Assembly (NCBI GenBank): GCA_026413625.1
Contig: JAOAKO010000002.1
Coordinates: 6,623-70,622 of the forward strand
Length of the DNA: 64,000 nt
Reading direction: 5' to 3'
Source of the DNA: Candidatus Micrarchaeota archaeon
GTDB taxonomy: Archaea; Micrarchaeota; Micrarchaeia; CABMEP01
The notes beneath the pieces were generated by a model. That model worked only from the letters and a program-made list of their open reading frames with translations. It was not told the DNA's origin and did no database searches. The position numbers were made by a program, and so were the translations under genes. Every line of letters starts with the position of its first letter. The stretch's first letter is position 1. Positions 29,405 through 39,474 of the stretch are shown piece after piece.

Positions 29405-30289
29405 TCAGAACACTGTTTCAGCCGAATCTTTGCCGACAATTACTGTATGCTCAAACTGGGATACTGCGGATTTGCTTACTTCCCTAAGCACAGGATAGGC
29501 GATTAGCGAGCCGTTTCTTACCAGTTCAATCAGCGCTATCTTTTCAGCCCTGCTCGAGGCGTAATGCCTTTCTGCGAAAGGAAGGGTTTTCCTCTCAGAG
29601 AATATTTTCTCAATAAGTCTCCTAGCATCCCTATTTCTTGTCGGCTCTATGCTGTCCGCACTAAATATTTCGCATCTATCCATTTCGCTGACATGGCCAG
29701 CGGCATTTCCGTAAGTCGCAAACGGCTCAATGGCGACAATGTCGCCTTCCTTTAGCTGGACACTTTTTTTCGTTTCGAAATTTGGTATGATCGGATTAGA
29801 ATGTATGATGTAACGCCCCAAGGCATGGCCGGTCAAATTGTCTATCGGCTTAAATCCGTACTTCTTTAAAGTAGTTTCTATTTCTTTTCCGATCTCGGAA
29901 GTGAAAACCCCGTCTTTGATCACTGAAATTGCATTTTCTAAGGCTCTAATGTTCGCGTCCATGAGCTTGCCGTGCTCTCCGCTAAGGTCAAAAGTAGCAG
30001 ATCCGTCCGCAATGAAGCCATCTTTGTGAACACCAATGTCTATCTTGACTAAGTCCTTTTCAGTAAAAACACGTTCATCGTCCACAGATGCGGTGTCGTG
30101 AGCAGTTATTTCATTGACAGAGACGTTTACTGGGAAGGCATACTCACACCCCATCTCCTTCATTTTCATTTCCAAATTTTTGCACAATTCAAGAATAGAA
30201 TCTCCCTCTTTAATCTTGATCGTTTTCCGTATTTCTTTTGCCACCTTGCCCGCTTCGATCGTTTTCTTTATTCTTTCGTCTGTTTCCAT
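29405..30289 (-). CDS. map: Methionine aminopeptidase type II
   Basis: AFPVN, AHDT, KIDIGVHKDGFIAD, NLTGH, AIEPFAT, SQFEHT. Confidence 0.96.
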   Translation of the reverse strand: METDERIKKTIEAGKVAKEIRKTIKIKEGDSILELCKNLEMKMKEMGCEYAFPVNVSVNEITAHDTASVDDERVFTEKDLVKIDIGVHKDGFIADGSATFDLSGEHGKLMDANIRALENAISVIKDGVFTSEIGKEIETTLKKYGFKPIDNLTGHALGRYIIHSNPIIPNFETKKSVQLKEGDIVAIEPFATYGNAAGHVSEMDRCEIFSADSIEPTRNRDARRLIEKIFSERKTLPFAERHYASSRAEKIALIELVRNGSLIAYPVLREVSKSAVSQFEHTVIVGKDSAETVF

Positions 30290-30308
30290 GCAAACACCTT
30301 CTAAAAAT

Positions 30309-32678
30309 TTACATCCAATCAGAAAGGGAAGACTGCTTGCCCTCGAACTTTATATCTTCCTCGCTGTAACCCAATTCTCCGATTATTTTCATAACTGCTG
30401 GAAGAACCTGATGATTTATGTAGTATTCCGAATCATAGTCCTCCGCGTAATCCAAAAGTTCAGCCTTTTCCGATATAGTCTTTCCTTTTCGGGTTATGAT
30501 ATACCCAATTATCGAGCCGACCTTTATTTCATGGCCTCTTTTTCTAGCCTTCTCAACTGCGGAAAACTCAGGAGAGATGACTTCGTACTCCTCCTTTCTG
30601 AGCTGAGTGTATATAACCAGTTCGTCTTTCGGAACGTTGCCTTCCGCAAGCCTCTTTACAACATCCCTAACTATCTGCAAGGCTTTTTCTTTGCTTCCGT
30701 CAATCAAAATCGCCTCCAGCACTTTCTTTTGCGTCTCACGCGCTATCTTAGACCAGTCCCTTCTGACCAACTCAAATCCCCTTATCTTTATCTTTCCGTC
30801 TTCGCTTACCAGCGCATATTTTTTCTTGGCGCCAGTCTCCTTTTCCTGCTTCTTAGATACAAACACCCCTCTCTTATAAATATTTTCAAGCTCAAGCTCC
30901 ATAGTTTCAGGCAGCCATTCATTGATCTCCTCCATAAAATTCATCGCATCTTGTTCTGTTTTATTGCCCAGTAGGATGAAAATGCTGTCCGTGTCGCTGT
31001 AGAGGACACTAAATCCTTTATTTTCGGCTCTTTTTGCAACCTCCTGGATATAATTTCTCCCGAAAGCAGTTATGGACTCTGCGCACTCGCGGGAATACCA
31101 TCTAGACTTGGGATAGTTGAGCATTCCATATACGGTATTAAGTACGATTTTTAAGGCAGCCACCCTGGCATTCAAAACAGCTATCTCCCCAGAACTTCCT
31201 TTCCTTTGCGCTTCCTTCAGTTCGGATTTTATTTTCTTTCTCAATTCGAGCAAGTGAAGAATCGCAGATGGAACAAGACCCTTTTCCTTTGTGCAAAAAT
31301 AGAATCCGTTCGGGGCTCTGTTTCTTCCAAATTTACACGCTTCATGCCCGCAATTTATAGTATATGGATCTATATTGTGGGAAGTAATTATCGAAGGATA
31401 GAGGCTTCTGAAGTCAAACACCGCGATTCTTTCGTAAATTCCTGGAGAGGGAAGCTTGACATACGCTCCCTGTATGGGTTTGGAAAAATCATGGGCCCAT
31501 GCCGGCTTTTGCGGTATTAAATAGCCTCTTTTATAGCTTTCATCCATAAGCAAAGATTCAACCATCTGCCCGGTTGTAGAACCGCTGATGTTTGGGAGAG
31601 TTATCTTTGTAAGCCTTGCAAGCTCTACCTCAAGCGGATACAACTTTCTAAAAATCTCATGCGCAGCCTTCGCATCCTTTATCGCATATTCAACCAATTC
31701 TTTTCTTTTCCCGTCATCATCCCACATTTGGTATATGGAAAGCATGTCGACTTTCCAATCGCTTCCACCGATCATCTCCTTATAAACTTCCTCGAGGGTG
31801 TGGCGCTCAAGCTTTATCGCCTGTGCAGCAGCAAGGATCCTAACCAAGTAATATATATCCGTATGTACTCTTCCCTCTATTTTTGCATGTGTAGTCATTC
31901 CAATTTTCTTTATTTTAGGTTCGCTTCCGCCTCTTCCGAGCTTCAGCTTAATGCCTAACTCATTTGCCCTCGCCTTAAGATATGGGATGTCGAAGACAGA
32001 AGAATTGTAACCTGCGACTATATCGACATCTTTCTGCTGCAAGATTTCACAGAATTTTTCGATCATTTCCTTTTCGTTTTTAGCATTGGCAACCCCGTCT
32101 ATATCGCTTTCTTTCCAGGTTATCGCCCCCACGCCAAGGTCGTCTGCATAGCTTATGATTATTGCCGGGTCCTCGTCTTCTCTAGGTATTCCGTGCGGAT
32201 TATAAACCTCTATGTCAAACGTCAAAGCGTTAAGCCTATTCACATCGAGCTTTGGTCCGATATCCCTTATAGACTTGACATATCTGCCTTCGTACTCTAT
32301 TTCTACCGTATTCATCGGCCTAAGGCCCTTGTCTATAAGATATCTTTTATTGAATTTTATATCCTTCTCATACACCTTTCCGAATTCGCCAAGCGCTTTT
32401 GCAATCAAAGGTATTTCTTTAGGGTCGGAGCATGTGATCTTCTTTAAAACCTTTTCTTCAGGCCCGATTCTTTTTCTCACTTCTTCGACGCCAATGATTT
32501 CAATTCCATTATAAACTCCTTTTTTGATCTCCTTATCAGTCTCCATATAGAAATAAGGATAGAAGTCCTTGTCGTACATCTTAAACATTTTTTTCCTTTT
32601 CAAAACGAGCCGTATTATGCTTCTGTTGTCTTTTGTAACAACATCTACATCAATGAGTATGGCACTAATTTTCTTCAT
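30309..32678 (-). CDS. polB: Family B DNA polymerase (PolB3 type)
   Basis: ExoI FDIE, ExoII GYNSSVFDIPY, ExoIII YAIKDA; DFRSLYPSII, KIVLNTVYG, YSDTDS, KKKYA, RGFELVRRDWS; PIP-box QSSLSDW. Confidence 0.97.
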   Translation of the reverse strand: MKKISAILIDVDVVTKDNRSIIRLVLKRKKMFKMYDKDFYPYFYMETDKEIKKGVYNGIEIIGVEEVRKRIGPEEKVLKKITCSDPKEIPLIAKALGEFGKVYEKDIKFNKRYLIDKGLRPMNTVEIEYEGRYVKSIRDIGPKLDVNRLNALTFDIEVYNPHGIPREDEDPAIIISYADDLGVGAITWKESDIDGVANAKNEKEMIEKFCEILQQKDVDIVAGYNSSVFDIPYLKARANELGIKLKLGRGGSEPKIKKIGMTTHAKIEGRVHTDIYYLVRILAAAQAIKLERHTLEEVYKEMIGGSDWKVDMLSIYQMWDDDGKRKELVEYAIKDAKAAHEIFRKLYPLEVELARLTKITLPNISGSTTGQMVESLLMDESYKRGYLIPQKPAWAHDFSKPIQGAYVKLPSPGIYERIAVFDFRSLYPSIITSHNIDPYTINCGHEACKFGRNRAPNGFYFCTKEKGLVPSAILHLLELRKKIKSELKEAQRKGSSGEIAVLNARVAALKIVLNTVYGMLNYPKSRWYSRECAESITAFGRNYIQEVAKRAENKGFSVLYSDTDSIFILLGNKTEQDAMNFMEEINEWLPETMELELENIYKRGVFVSKKQEKETGAKKKYALVSEDGKIKIRGFELVRRDWSKIARETQKKVLEAILIDGSKEKALQIVRDVVKRLAEGNVPKDELVIYTQLRKEEYEVISPEFSAVEKARKRGHEIKVGSIIGYIITRKGKTISEKAELLDYAEDYDSEYYINHQVLPAVMKIIGELGYSEEDIKFEGKQSSLSDWM

Positions 32679-32721
32679 AGCACTACCTGGAATTAAAGGC
32701 AAAATAATTTAAAATAAGAGA

Positions 32722-33225
32722 TTACTTTTTCCTCTTGATAGCGGCAATGTCTCCGAGGGAGAATTGCTCTACCGCCGCCTCTTTGATCTTTCTTCTAGCC
32801 GAGACACGCTTTTCTTGCTTCAATGCGTCGATTTCCTCATTTATCTCATCTATCTCCTTTTTAATCTTGTCCCTTTCGTTTTTCAGTTGGGAGATTTTGC
32901 CTTCCATTTCCTTGAGAACGCCCATTTTCTGCTTCAATTCCCTTATTTTCTTCAGGCGCTCCTCTAAAGAATGTATTTTCTTCGCTATTTCTTTTTCTAC
33001 CTTTAATGGAAGATTCTTAGCAGTAGATATCTTGAAGTCCAGTTGATTTATTTGCTTCATTATTCTTTTCTCTTCGTCAGCCGATCCAAGACCGCTAGTC
33101 TTTCTTATCTTTTCTATCTCGCTGGCTAGCGCCCTTATTTCCTCGCTGATCTTCTTTACGCTTTCAAGCTTTTCCTTTTTTTCTGCTTCTAACTCTTGCA
33201 TTTGTTGGGTAATTGTGTCGTTCAT
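32722..33225 (-). CDS. Coiled-coil hypothetical protein
   Basis: E/K-rich heptad pattern along the whole length. Confidence 0.7.
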   Translation of the reverse strand: MNDTITQQMQELEAEKKEKLESVKKISEEIRALASEIEKIRKTSGLGSADEEKRIMKQINQLDFKISTAKNLPLKVEKEIAKKIHSLEERLKKIRELKQKMGVLKEMEGKISQLKNERDKIKKEIDEINEEIDALKQEKRVSARRKIKEAAVEQFSLGDIAAIKRKK

Positions 33226-33349
33226 CTATAAAATATGTCTAATTACATTTAAAAAGATTTTTTTGTCAATAATTAGCTTTTTAAAGCATTCTATTCCTTA
33301 AATTTGCAGCTTCAGCTATCTTTTTATAATTTCGTCAGCAATTACCAAT

Positions 33350-35968
33350 ATGGTCGAAGCCCACCATCTACTATCGGTAAATGAAACATTCAGAATATTA
33401 AACACTTCTAAAAAAGGTCTAAGCTCTTCAGAAGCAAAATCAAGACTTTCAAAATACGGATTCAATGAAATCCAGGAAAAGAGAAAGAAATCAGACATTG
33501 AGATTTTTATAGACCAGTTCAGAAGTTTTCTAATTTTAATACTTATAGCAGCCACAATTTTATCTTTTGCATTCGGAGAGTATATAGACGCAGTGCTTAT
33601 CTCTTTAATCATACTGCTTAACGCCTCTTTAGGGTTCATACAGGCAAAAAAAGCCGAAGAGGCGGTTGCTGCATTGAAGAAGCTAACGGTCCCTACAGTC
33701 AAAGTGCTCAGAGACGGAGAAGTAAAAACAGTTTCCTCAAGGGAAATCGTTCCAGGGGATATAGTTATTTTAGATACTGGCGACAGAGTGCCTGCAGATT
33801 GCAGGATAATAAGCCACATAAACCTTAAAGTGGACGAGTCAGTTCTTACCGGAGAATCTGTGCCGATATCAAAGACTTCGGATCAATTGAAGTCGCCTCA
33901 ACCGATCCAAAACCAATCCAATATGGTTTTCATGGGGACTTCGATTGTATACGGGAGATGCGAAGCCGTAGTTGTAACCACCGGAATGAACACTGAATTC
34001 GGAAAGATCGCATTATCAATTCAGCAGGGGGAAGAGATCACTCCACTCCAGAAAAAGCTTGATGACTTCGGAAAATTTATAGGCAAGGTGTTTTTGTTTA
34101 TCTGCGGTGTAGTTTTTGTAATCGGCTTAATTAACGGGATGGAGTTTATTACAATATCGCTTACAGCAATATCATTGGCCGTAGCTGCAGTACCTGAGGG
34201 CCTTTTGGCTTCAATAACCATAGCGCTTTCCCTTGGAGTAAGCACAATGGCGAAGCACAAGGCGATAGTAAGAAAATTAACTGCGGTGGAGGGATTGGGA
34301 AGCGTCACTGTGATATGCACAGATAAGACAGGCACCCTTACTGTGAATGAAATGACAGTCAAAAGAATATGGACAATGGATAAAGAATATTCCCTAACCG
34401 GAGAGGGCTATAAAAAAGATGGGAAAATACTTTTCAGAAACAAGGAAATTAAACAAATCCCCAAAGATTTGGAGTTGACGCTTAAAAGCGGTTTATACTG
34501 CAACAATGCATTTGTAAATGGGGACCCCATAGGGGATCCGACTGAAATCGCACTAATCATTTCAGCCAGGAAAGCAGGATTAGAAGACAAAAGGCCAGAT
34601 GCGGCCAGGCTTGATGAAATTCAGTTTGATTCTGAAAGAAAAATGATGTCGGTCTTATACAAAGAAGATTCAAGAAACACGATATGGGTCAAAGGCGCGA
34701 CAGAAAGGGTGATCAACAGATGCAGATATGTGATGAAGGAAGGCAGGTTAGTAAGATTAACCGACTCATACAAGAAAAAAATATTGGAAAAAGAAAAGGA
34801 ATACGCCTCGTCAAGCTTCAGGGTTCTTGCATTTGCGATGAAATCAACAACCTCCAATAAAATAGTGGAAAACAACCTCGTATTTTTAGGAATGCAAGCC
34901 ATGATAGACCCGCCCAGACCAGAAGTCAAAGACGCAATAGCAACCTGCAAGAAAGCAGGAATAGACGTCATCATGATAACTGGAGACCACAAGGAAACAG
35001 CCATAGCAATAGGTAAAGAGCTGGGAATTTTGAATAACGGATTGGCTATTACGGGAGCAGAATTGGATGCGATGAGCGATTCAGAGCTAAAGGAAAAGAT
35101 TTCCGATGTGAAGGTATTCGCTAGAGTGTCTCCCGAACACAAAGTCAGAATAACAAGAATACTGAAAGAAAAGGGCCATATAGTCGCAATGACTGGAGAC
35201 GGAATAAATGACGCGCCTGCTTTGAAAGCAGCAGATATAGGGGTTGCGATGGGACAGACCGGAACTGATGTTACAAGGGAAGTGGCGGACCTGGTAATTG
35301 CGGATGACAACTTCGCTACAATAGTTAAGGCAGTGGAGCAAGGAAGAGGAATCTACGACAACATCAAAAAGACAGTGGCATTCCTTTTATCTGGAAACAT
35401 TGCTGAAATACTTATAATTTTCCTCGCGGTACTGATAGGCCTGCCCCTTCCTTTGGTCGCAATCCAGATACTGTGGATAAATCTTGTTACAGACGGTCTG
35501 CCCGCACTCGCTTTGGCGGTAGATCCAATCTCCAGAGACGTGATGAACAAAAAGCCAAGAAACCCAAAAGAGGACATAACTTACAATTTGGACATCTATC
35601 TAATACATTATCCCATAATATTGACTTTCTTTTCGCTGCTTGTTTTCATATATTTCCTTCAAACATCGGACAATCTGGCGAAGGCGCAAACAGCCACATT
35701 CACGCTTGTTGTTTTATTTGAAATATTCCAATCATTTGCCTGCCGTTCATTAGATGCGCCAGTAGGAAGAGAGTTTGCAAACAACAAATATCTTTTAATC
35801 GCCGCAGGCGTTGCATTCGTTCTTCAGATGTTCATATTGTATTTCGAGCCAATGCAAATTTTATTTGACACACGACCCCTTACAATTTCAGAATTAATGG
35901 CGCTAATAGGAATTTCGCTAATCGGATTTGCGTACATCGAATTCGCGAAGTATAAGGCGAAAAAATAA
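33350..35968 (+). CDS. P-type cation-transporting ATPase (P2A, Ca2+-type)
   Basis: LTGES, AVPEGL, DKTGTLT, KGA, DPPR, MITGD, GDGINDAPAL, QILWINLVTDG. Confidence 0.95.
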   Translation: MVEAHHLLSVNETFRILNTSKKGLSSSEAKSRLSKYGFNEIQEKRKKSDIEIFIDQFRSFLILILIAATILSFAFGEYIDAVLISLIILLNASLGFIQAKKAEEAVAALKKLTVPTVKVLRDGEVKTVSSREIVPGDIVILDTGDRVPADCRIISHINLKVDESVLTGESVPISKTSDQLKSPQPIQNQSNMVFMGTSIVYGRCEAVVVTTGMNTEFGKIALSIQQGEEITPLQKKLDDFGKFIGKVFLFICGVVFVIGLINGMEFITISLTAISLAVAAVPEGLLASITIALSLGVSTMAKHKAIVRKLTAVEGLGSVTVICTDKTGTLTVNEMTVKRIWTMDKEYSLTGEGYKKDGKILFRNKEIKQIPKDLELTLKSGLYCNNAFVNGDPIGDPTEIALIISARKAGLEDKRPDAARLDEIQFDSERKMMSVLYKEDSRNTIWVKGATERVINRCRYVMKEGRLVRLTDSYKKKILEKEKEYASSSFRVLAFAMKSTTSNKIVENNLVFLGMQAMIDPPRPEVKDAIATCKKAGIDVIMITGDHKETAIAIGKELGILNNGLAITGAELDAMSDSELKEKISDVKVFARVSPEHKVRITRILKEKGHIVAMTGDGINDAPALKAADIGVAMGQTGTDVTREVADLVIADDNFATIVKAVEQGRGIYDNIKKTVAFLLSGNIAEILIIFLAVLIGLPLPLVAIQILWINLVTDGLPALALAVDPISRDVMNKKPRNPKEDITYNLDIYLIHYPIILTFFSLLVFIYFLQTSDNLAKAQTATFTLVVLFEIFQSFACRSLDAPVGREFANNKYLLIAAGVAFVLQMFILYFEPMQILFDTRPLTISELMALIGISLIGFAYIEFAKYKAKK

Positions 35969-35999
35969 AGAAACAAATCACCAGGCATCAAGGACTAAA

Positions 36000-37307
36000 T
36001 TAAAAGCCAAGCCCCTTTCCTTTAAACATTCTTTGCAGATTTCTTTGCATTCCTTTATTTCTCTGCAACTGCTCGTATAATTTCTTCATTTTTCCAAATT
36101 GGCTTATAAATTCTTTAATCGTAGAAGCAGGAATTCCCGAACCTTTCGATATTCTTTCGATTCTCGCCTGGCTTTTTCTTACCAAGTCTGGATTTTTTCT
36201 CTCTGCCTTTGTCATTGAGTTGATGATCGCCTCGTATTGCTCCATTTTTTGCTCTCCCTGTTCAAGAACTTCTTTCGGAACATTTACCATCCCAAGGGTT
36301 TCAAATATTCCTTTGAGCGGACCCATATTCTTTGCAGCTTTAAGCTGCTTATAGAAAGTTTCTATATTGAATTCTTCAGGCATCTCTTCCATTCCTTCCG
36401 GAATTGCCGCCTTCACTTTTTCAATCAAGGCTTCAAAATCAGGGACGCCCAAAATACGTCCAACGAATTTTGAGGGGTTAAACTCCTCAAGGTCCGCTAT
36501 CTTTTCTCCAACGCCTATAAACACTATCTTAACTCCGGCCGCAGCACAGGCAGTAAGCGCACCCCCGCCCTTCCCACTTCCATCCATTTTAGTTATCACA
36601 ACTCCAGTCAGCCCGATAGCACCGTTAAACTCTTCCGCCTGCTTTTTTGCAATCTGCCCTATGTCTGCAGATATTACAAGTATTTTTTCATCTGGTTTCG
36701 CCACTTCATTTATTTCTTTCAGCTCCGATATAAGCTCTTCGTCAAGCGCATCCCTACCGGACGTATCTATAATTATAACATCGTTTTTGAGGGTTTCAAG
36801 CCCTTCTTTTACAACATCTCTCGCCTTTACTCCGGCCCCTTTTCTGCCGTAGAAGTTGCACCCCACTTGCTTCGACAGCTGTTCAAGCTGCTCATACGCC
36901 GCAGGCCTCATCATGTCGGCAGCAATAACACCTACGCTCATCCCACGCTGCTTTAGGTAATAAGCAATTTTTCCTATTTGGGTTGTCTTTCCAGATCCAA
37001 AAAGCCCGCATACCATGATTCTTTGCGGCTTTAGCTCGAGCTTCCTTCCTTCGCCCATTATCTTAGTGAGTTCCTCGTAAACAATCGCATGGATGTGTTC
37101 GCTCATGCTTCGTCCGGCCGGAGGCTTTTCGTTGAGCGCCCTGTTCTCAATTTGCTTTGAAAGCCTATACACCAATTCTATATTTACATCGGACAATATT
37201 AGCGCTCTTTGTATATCCTTGATCATTGATTTTATCGCTGACTCGTCGATTATCGCCTTTCCTGTGATCTTAGCCAATGCTTTTCTTATTCCTTCTCCAA
37301 TGTTCAT
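36000..37307 (-). CDS. srp54: Signal recognition particle 54 kDa protein
   Basis: NG domain GLFGSGKTT, RPAAYEQL, DTSGR, TKMDGSGKGGGAL; M domain MGPL, IINSMT..ER, RISKGSG. Confidence 0.96.
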   Translation of the reverse strand: MNIGEGIRKALAKITGKAIIDESAIKSMIKDIQRALILSDVNIELVYRLSKQIENRALNEKPPAGRSMSEHIHAIVYEELTKIMGEGRKLELKPQRIMVCGLFGSGKTTQIGKIAYYLKQRGMSVGVIAADMMRPAAYEQLEQLSKQVGCNFYGRKGAGVKARDVVKEGLETLKNDVIIIDTSGRDALDEELISELKEINEVAKPDEKILVISADIGQIAKKQAEEFNGAIGLTGVVITKMDGSGKGGGALTACAAAGVKIVFIGVGEKIADLEEFNPSKFVGRILGVPDFEALIEKVKAAIPEGMEEMPEEFNIETFYKQLKAAKNMGPLKGIFETLGMVNVPKEVLEQGEQKMEQYEAIINSMTKAERKNPDLVRKSQARIERISKGSGIPASTIKEFISQFGKMKKLYEQLQRNKGMQRNLQRMFKGKGLGF

Positions 37308-37318
37308 CTTATCACTCT

Positions 37319-38464
37319 TCACGGCTGAATCCATTCTATTTCATAATACTCGTATTTGCTGTTGGGCAATTCTATCCTCTTGACCCTGTAGTAAGTTACC
37401 GACGTTTCCCTATCCACTATTCCAAGCATGACGTCCAATCCGAGCCCCTTTGCCTCCTCTATCGCGCCGGCAAGCTCGTTTCCACCTATCATTTCCTCTT
37501 CGCTCAAGGAAACAAGCGCAAACGAAGGAGTGTCTTTATCCGGAGTCTCTATGTTATTGTTCTTTCTATGGTAAAGAAAGAAGCTTATAAGCCCTTTTTC
37601 AGACTTTGTTTTTTTGCCAGGTATCGCAAGTATAAAAGTTTTCCTAACTCCGTGCGCAACTCTTATCGCCCTGGCCCATTCAGCTATCAACATTCTCTTA
37701 TTCCTTGGAAACACATGGAGTACGTGCTTTGAATGGGTCCAGTCTTTGCCCTTGCCCGGGAGGGCTCCAGGGAAATAGATTCTAAAGTGCGTTCCGAACT
37801 TGAAGCCTGTCTTAACAACAAATCCGTTCATTCTCCAATCTTCATATACGTTGTACATGGATTCGAAGTCCTTGTCTTCGTTCAGGAAACTTTCAAATTC
37901 TTTTTTCGCCATATTGGCGATATTCAGGCCGCAATTCTTGACAAGAAAATACGTCTCGAATTTATCCAATTTAAGAAATTTGCCTCTTCCCTCTGCTTTG
38001 TAAGATCCGTATTGGCCTATCCAATAATTGTAATACAATTCCTTTCCGATTTTTTCATCCTCCAATACTGCCATCATGTCATCTTTGAAAAAGATCGCTT
38101 CCGTATGTATTTTCGGGAATTTGGTTTCCCTGCTGGGATATTTGACAGTCGGATTCTTCTCGTATTTTCCATCCTTTTTGTACGGCTTTATAACCAGTCC
38201 TCTTTCGCGCCAGTCCCTGAATGTCATGTATTCGGCGAACAGCTTGTCCCTGCTGAATCTGCTAGCAAGCTCGGAAAAGCTGACGTTTCTTCCGTTTTCA
38301 GTGCAAACCGCGTTTCTTACTTCGATCAGATACATCGCTTCTTCCGGAGTTAGCACTATCTCTCCTTTTTGCTTTTCACCGTAGTGCGACTTTCTAAGCG
38401 CTTCGTAATCCTCGGGGTTCTTTATTTTCAGAACGTTGTTTTCCATGAAAATAGCGATAGGCAT
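37319..38464 (-). CDS. endA: tRNA-intron endonuclease, three-unit epsilon2 (ARMAN) type
   Basis: About 380 aa; catalytic unit KTGFKFGTHFRIY..HSKH..RVAHGVRK; loop WIGQYGSYK resembling the ARMAN-specific loop; C-terminal VDRETSVTYY and EYYEIEW. Confidence 0.9.
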   Translation of the reverse strand: MPIAIFMENNVLKIKNPEDYEALRKSHYGEKQKGEIVLTPEEAMYLIEVRNAVCTENGRNVSFSELASRFSRDKLFAEYMTFRDWRERGLVIKPYKKDGKYEKNPTVKYPSRETKFPKIHTEAIFFKDDMMAVLEDEKIGKELYYNYWIGQYGSYKAEGRGKFLKLDKFETYFLVKNCGLNIANMAKKEFESFLNEDKDFESMYNVYEDWRMNGFVVKTGFKFGTHFRIYFPGALPGKGKDWTHSKHVLHVFPRNKRMLIAEWARAIRVAHGVRKTFILAIPGKKTKSEKGLISFFLYHRKNNNIETPDKDTPSFALVSLSEEEMIGGNELAGAIEEAKGLGLDVMLGIVDRETSVTYYRVKRIELPNSKYEYYEIEWIQP

Positions 38465-38514
38465 AATTAATTATACCAGGTTAGCTTTAAATAAGATTCT
38501 TTTAATAGTGTATC

Positions 38515-38985
38515 ATGGCAGGAAAAAGGGAAAAGACCAGAAAGGGAATAAGCGCAGTAATATTCAGAATGAAAGGCAAGGAACCCGAGTTTTTGATACT
38601 GCACAGGATTAAGAGATGGACAGGATGGGAAATGCTTAAGGGGGGGAGGATTGGAAGGGAAAAGCCGCTGAATAATCTGAAGAGAGAGCTTAGGGAAGAG
38701 ATCCACGCAGAGGAATCAAAGATAGGAGCAGTTATAATCTTGCCCTTTAAGCTTAGCTTCAAGACTCCTCCAGAGTACGTTAAGAAATACAAATACACTG
38801 CAATGGAATTTCAGTCTTTTTTAGTGGAGTATAATGGAAAAGTTTCAATAAAGGGAAACAGCGTCTTGGAGCATGATGGTTACGAATGGGTTTCTTTCGA
38901 AAAAGCAGAGAAGATGCTGACACATGATTCAAGCAAAGATCTTCTTAGGAAGGCGTACAAAGTTATTTTAGATATTTTCAGCTAA
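38515..38985 (+). CDS. NUDIX hydrolase
   Basis: Nudix box GGRIGREKPLNNLKRELREE; EHDGYEWV. Confidence 0.88.
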   Translation: MAGKREKTRKGISAVIFRMKGKEPEFLILHRIKRWTGWEMLKGGRIGREKPLNNLKRELREEIHAEESKIGAVIILPFKLSFKTPPEYVKKYKYTAMEFQSFLVEYNGKVSIKGNSVLEHDGYEWVSFEKAEKMLTHDSSKDLLRKAYKVILDIFS

Positions 38986-38988
38986 TCG

Positions 38989-39393
38989 CTATCTGCAAAC
39001 CACAATCACATTTCTTTCCCTAGGGCCGTCAAATTCGCAGAGCATTATCCCCTGCCAGGTGCCTAAAAGGAGCCTCCCGTCTTTTATAGGTATTGTCACA
39101 GAAGGGCCGATTATAGCCGCCTTAACATGCGCGTCTCCATTCCCGTCGACTTTGTCGTGTCTCCACTTTCCTTTCGGTATAAGTTCGGCTAGGGCCGCCA
39201 TAAAGTCATCGCAGACTGAAGGGTCCCAGTTCTCATTTATTGTCAGGGCGGCAGTTGCATGAGGCACGTAGACAAGACATATCCCTTCCTTCATTTCTTT
39301 TCTTTTCATTTCCTTTTCCACGATTCTTTGCACTTCTTCAGTGATGTTTACCACTTGATTTTTGCCCGCAGTCCGGATAACGATTTCGTCCAT
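38989..39393 (-). CDS. yjbQ: YjbQ/UPF0047 family protein
   Basis: HATAALTINE, GNGDAHVKA, LGTWQGI..EFDGPR. Confidence 0.93.
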   Translation of the reverse strand: MDEIVIRTAGKNQVVNITEEVQRIVEKEMKRKEMKEGICLVYVPHATAALTINENWDPSVCDDFMAALAELIPKGKWRHDKVDGNGDAHVKAAIIGPSVTIPIKDGRLLLGTWQGIMLCEFDGPRERNVIVVCR

Positions 39394-39474
39394 ATTCCTA
39401 TTTATGAGTTAATTATTTAAACTTCAATAATCTTATGTTTATTACATCCATTAATCTATCGCGGGCGAATTAAT

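Noticed and set aside
30114-30974. 286-aa + strand ORF
   Set aside because: Antisense shadow of polB and map; F/S/L-rich composition typical of the reverse strand of K/E-rich genes.
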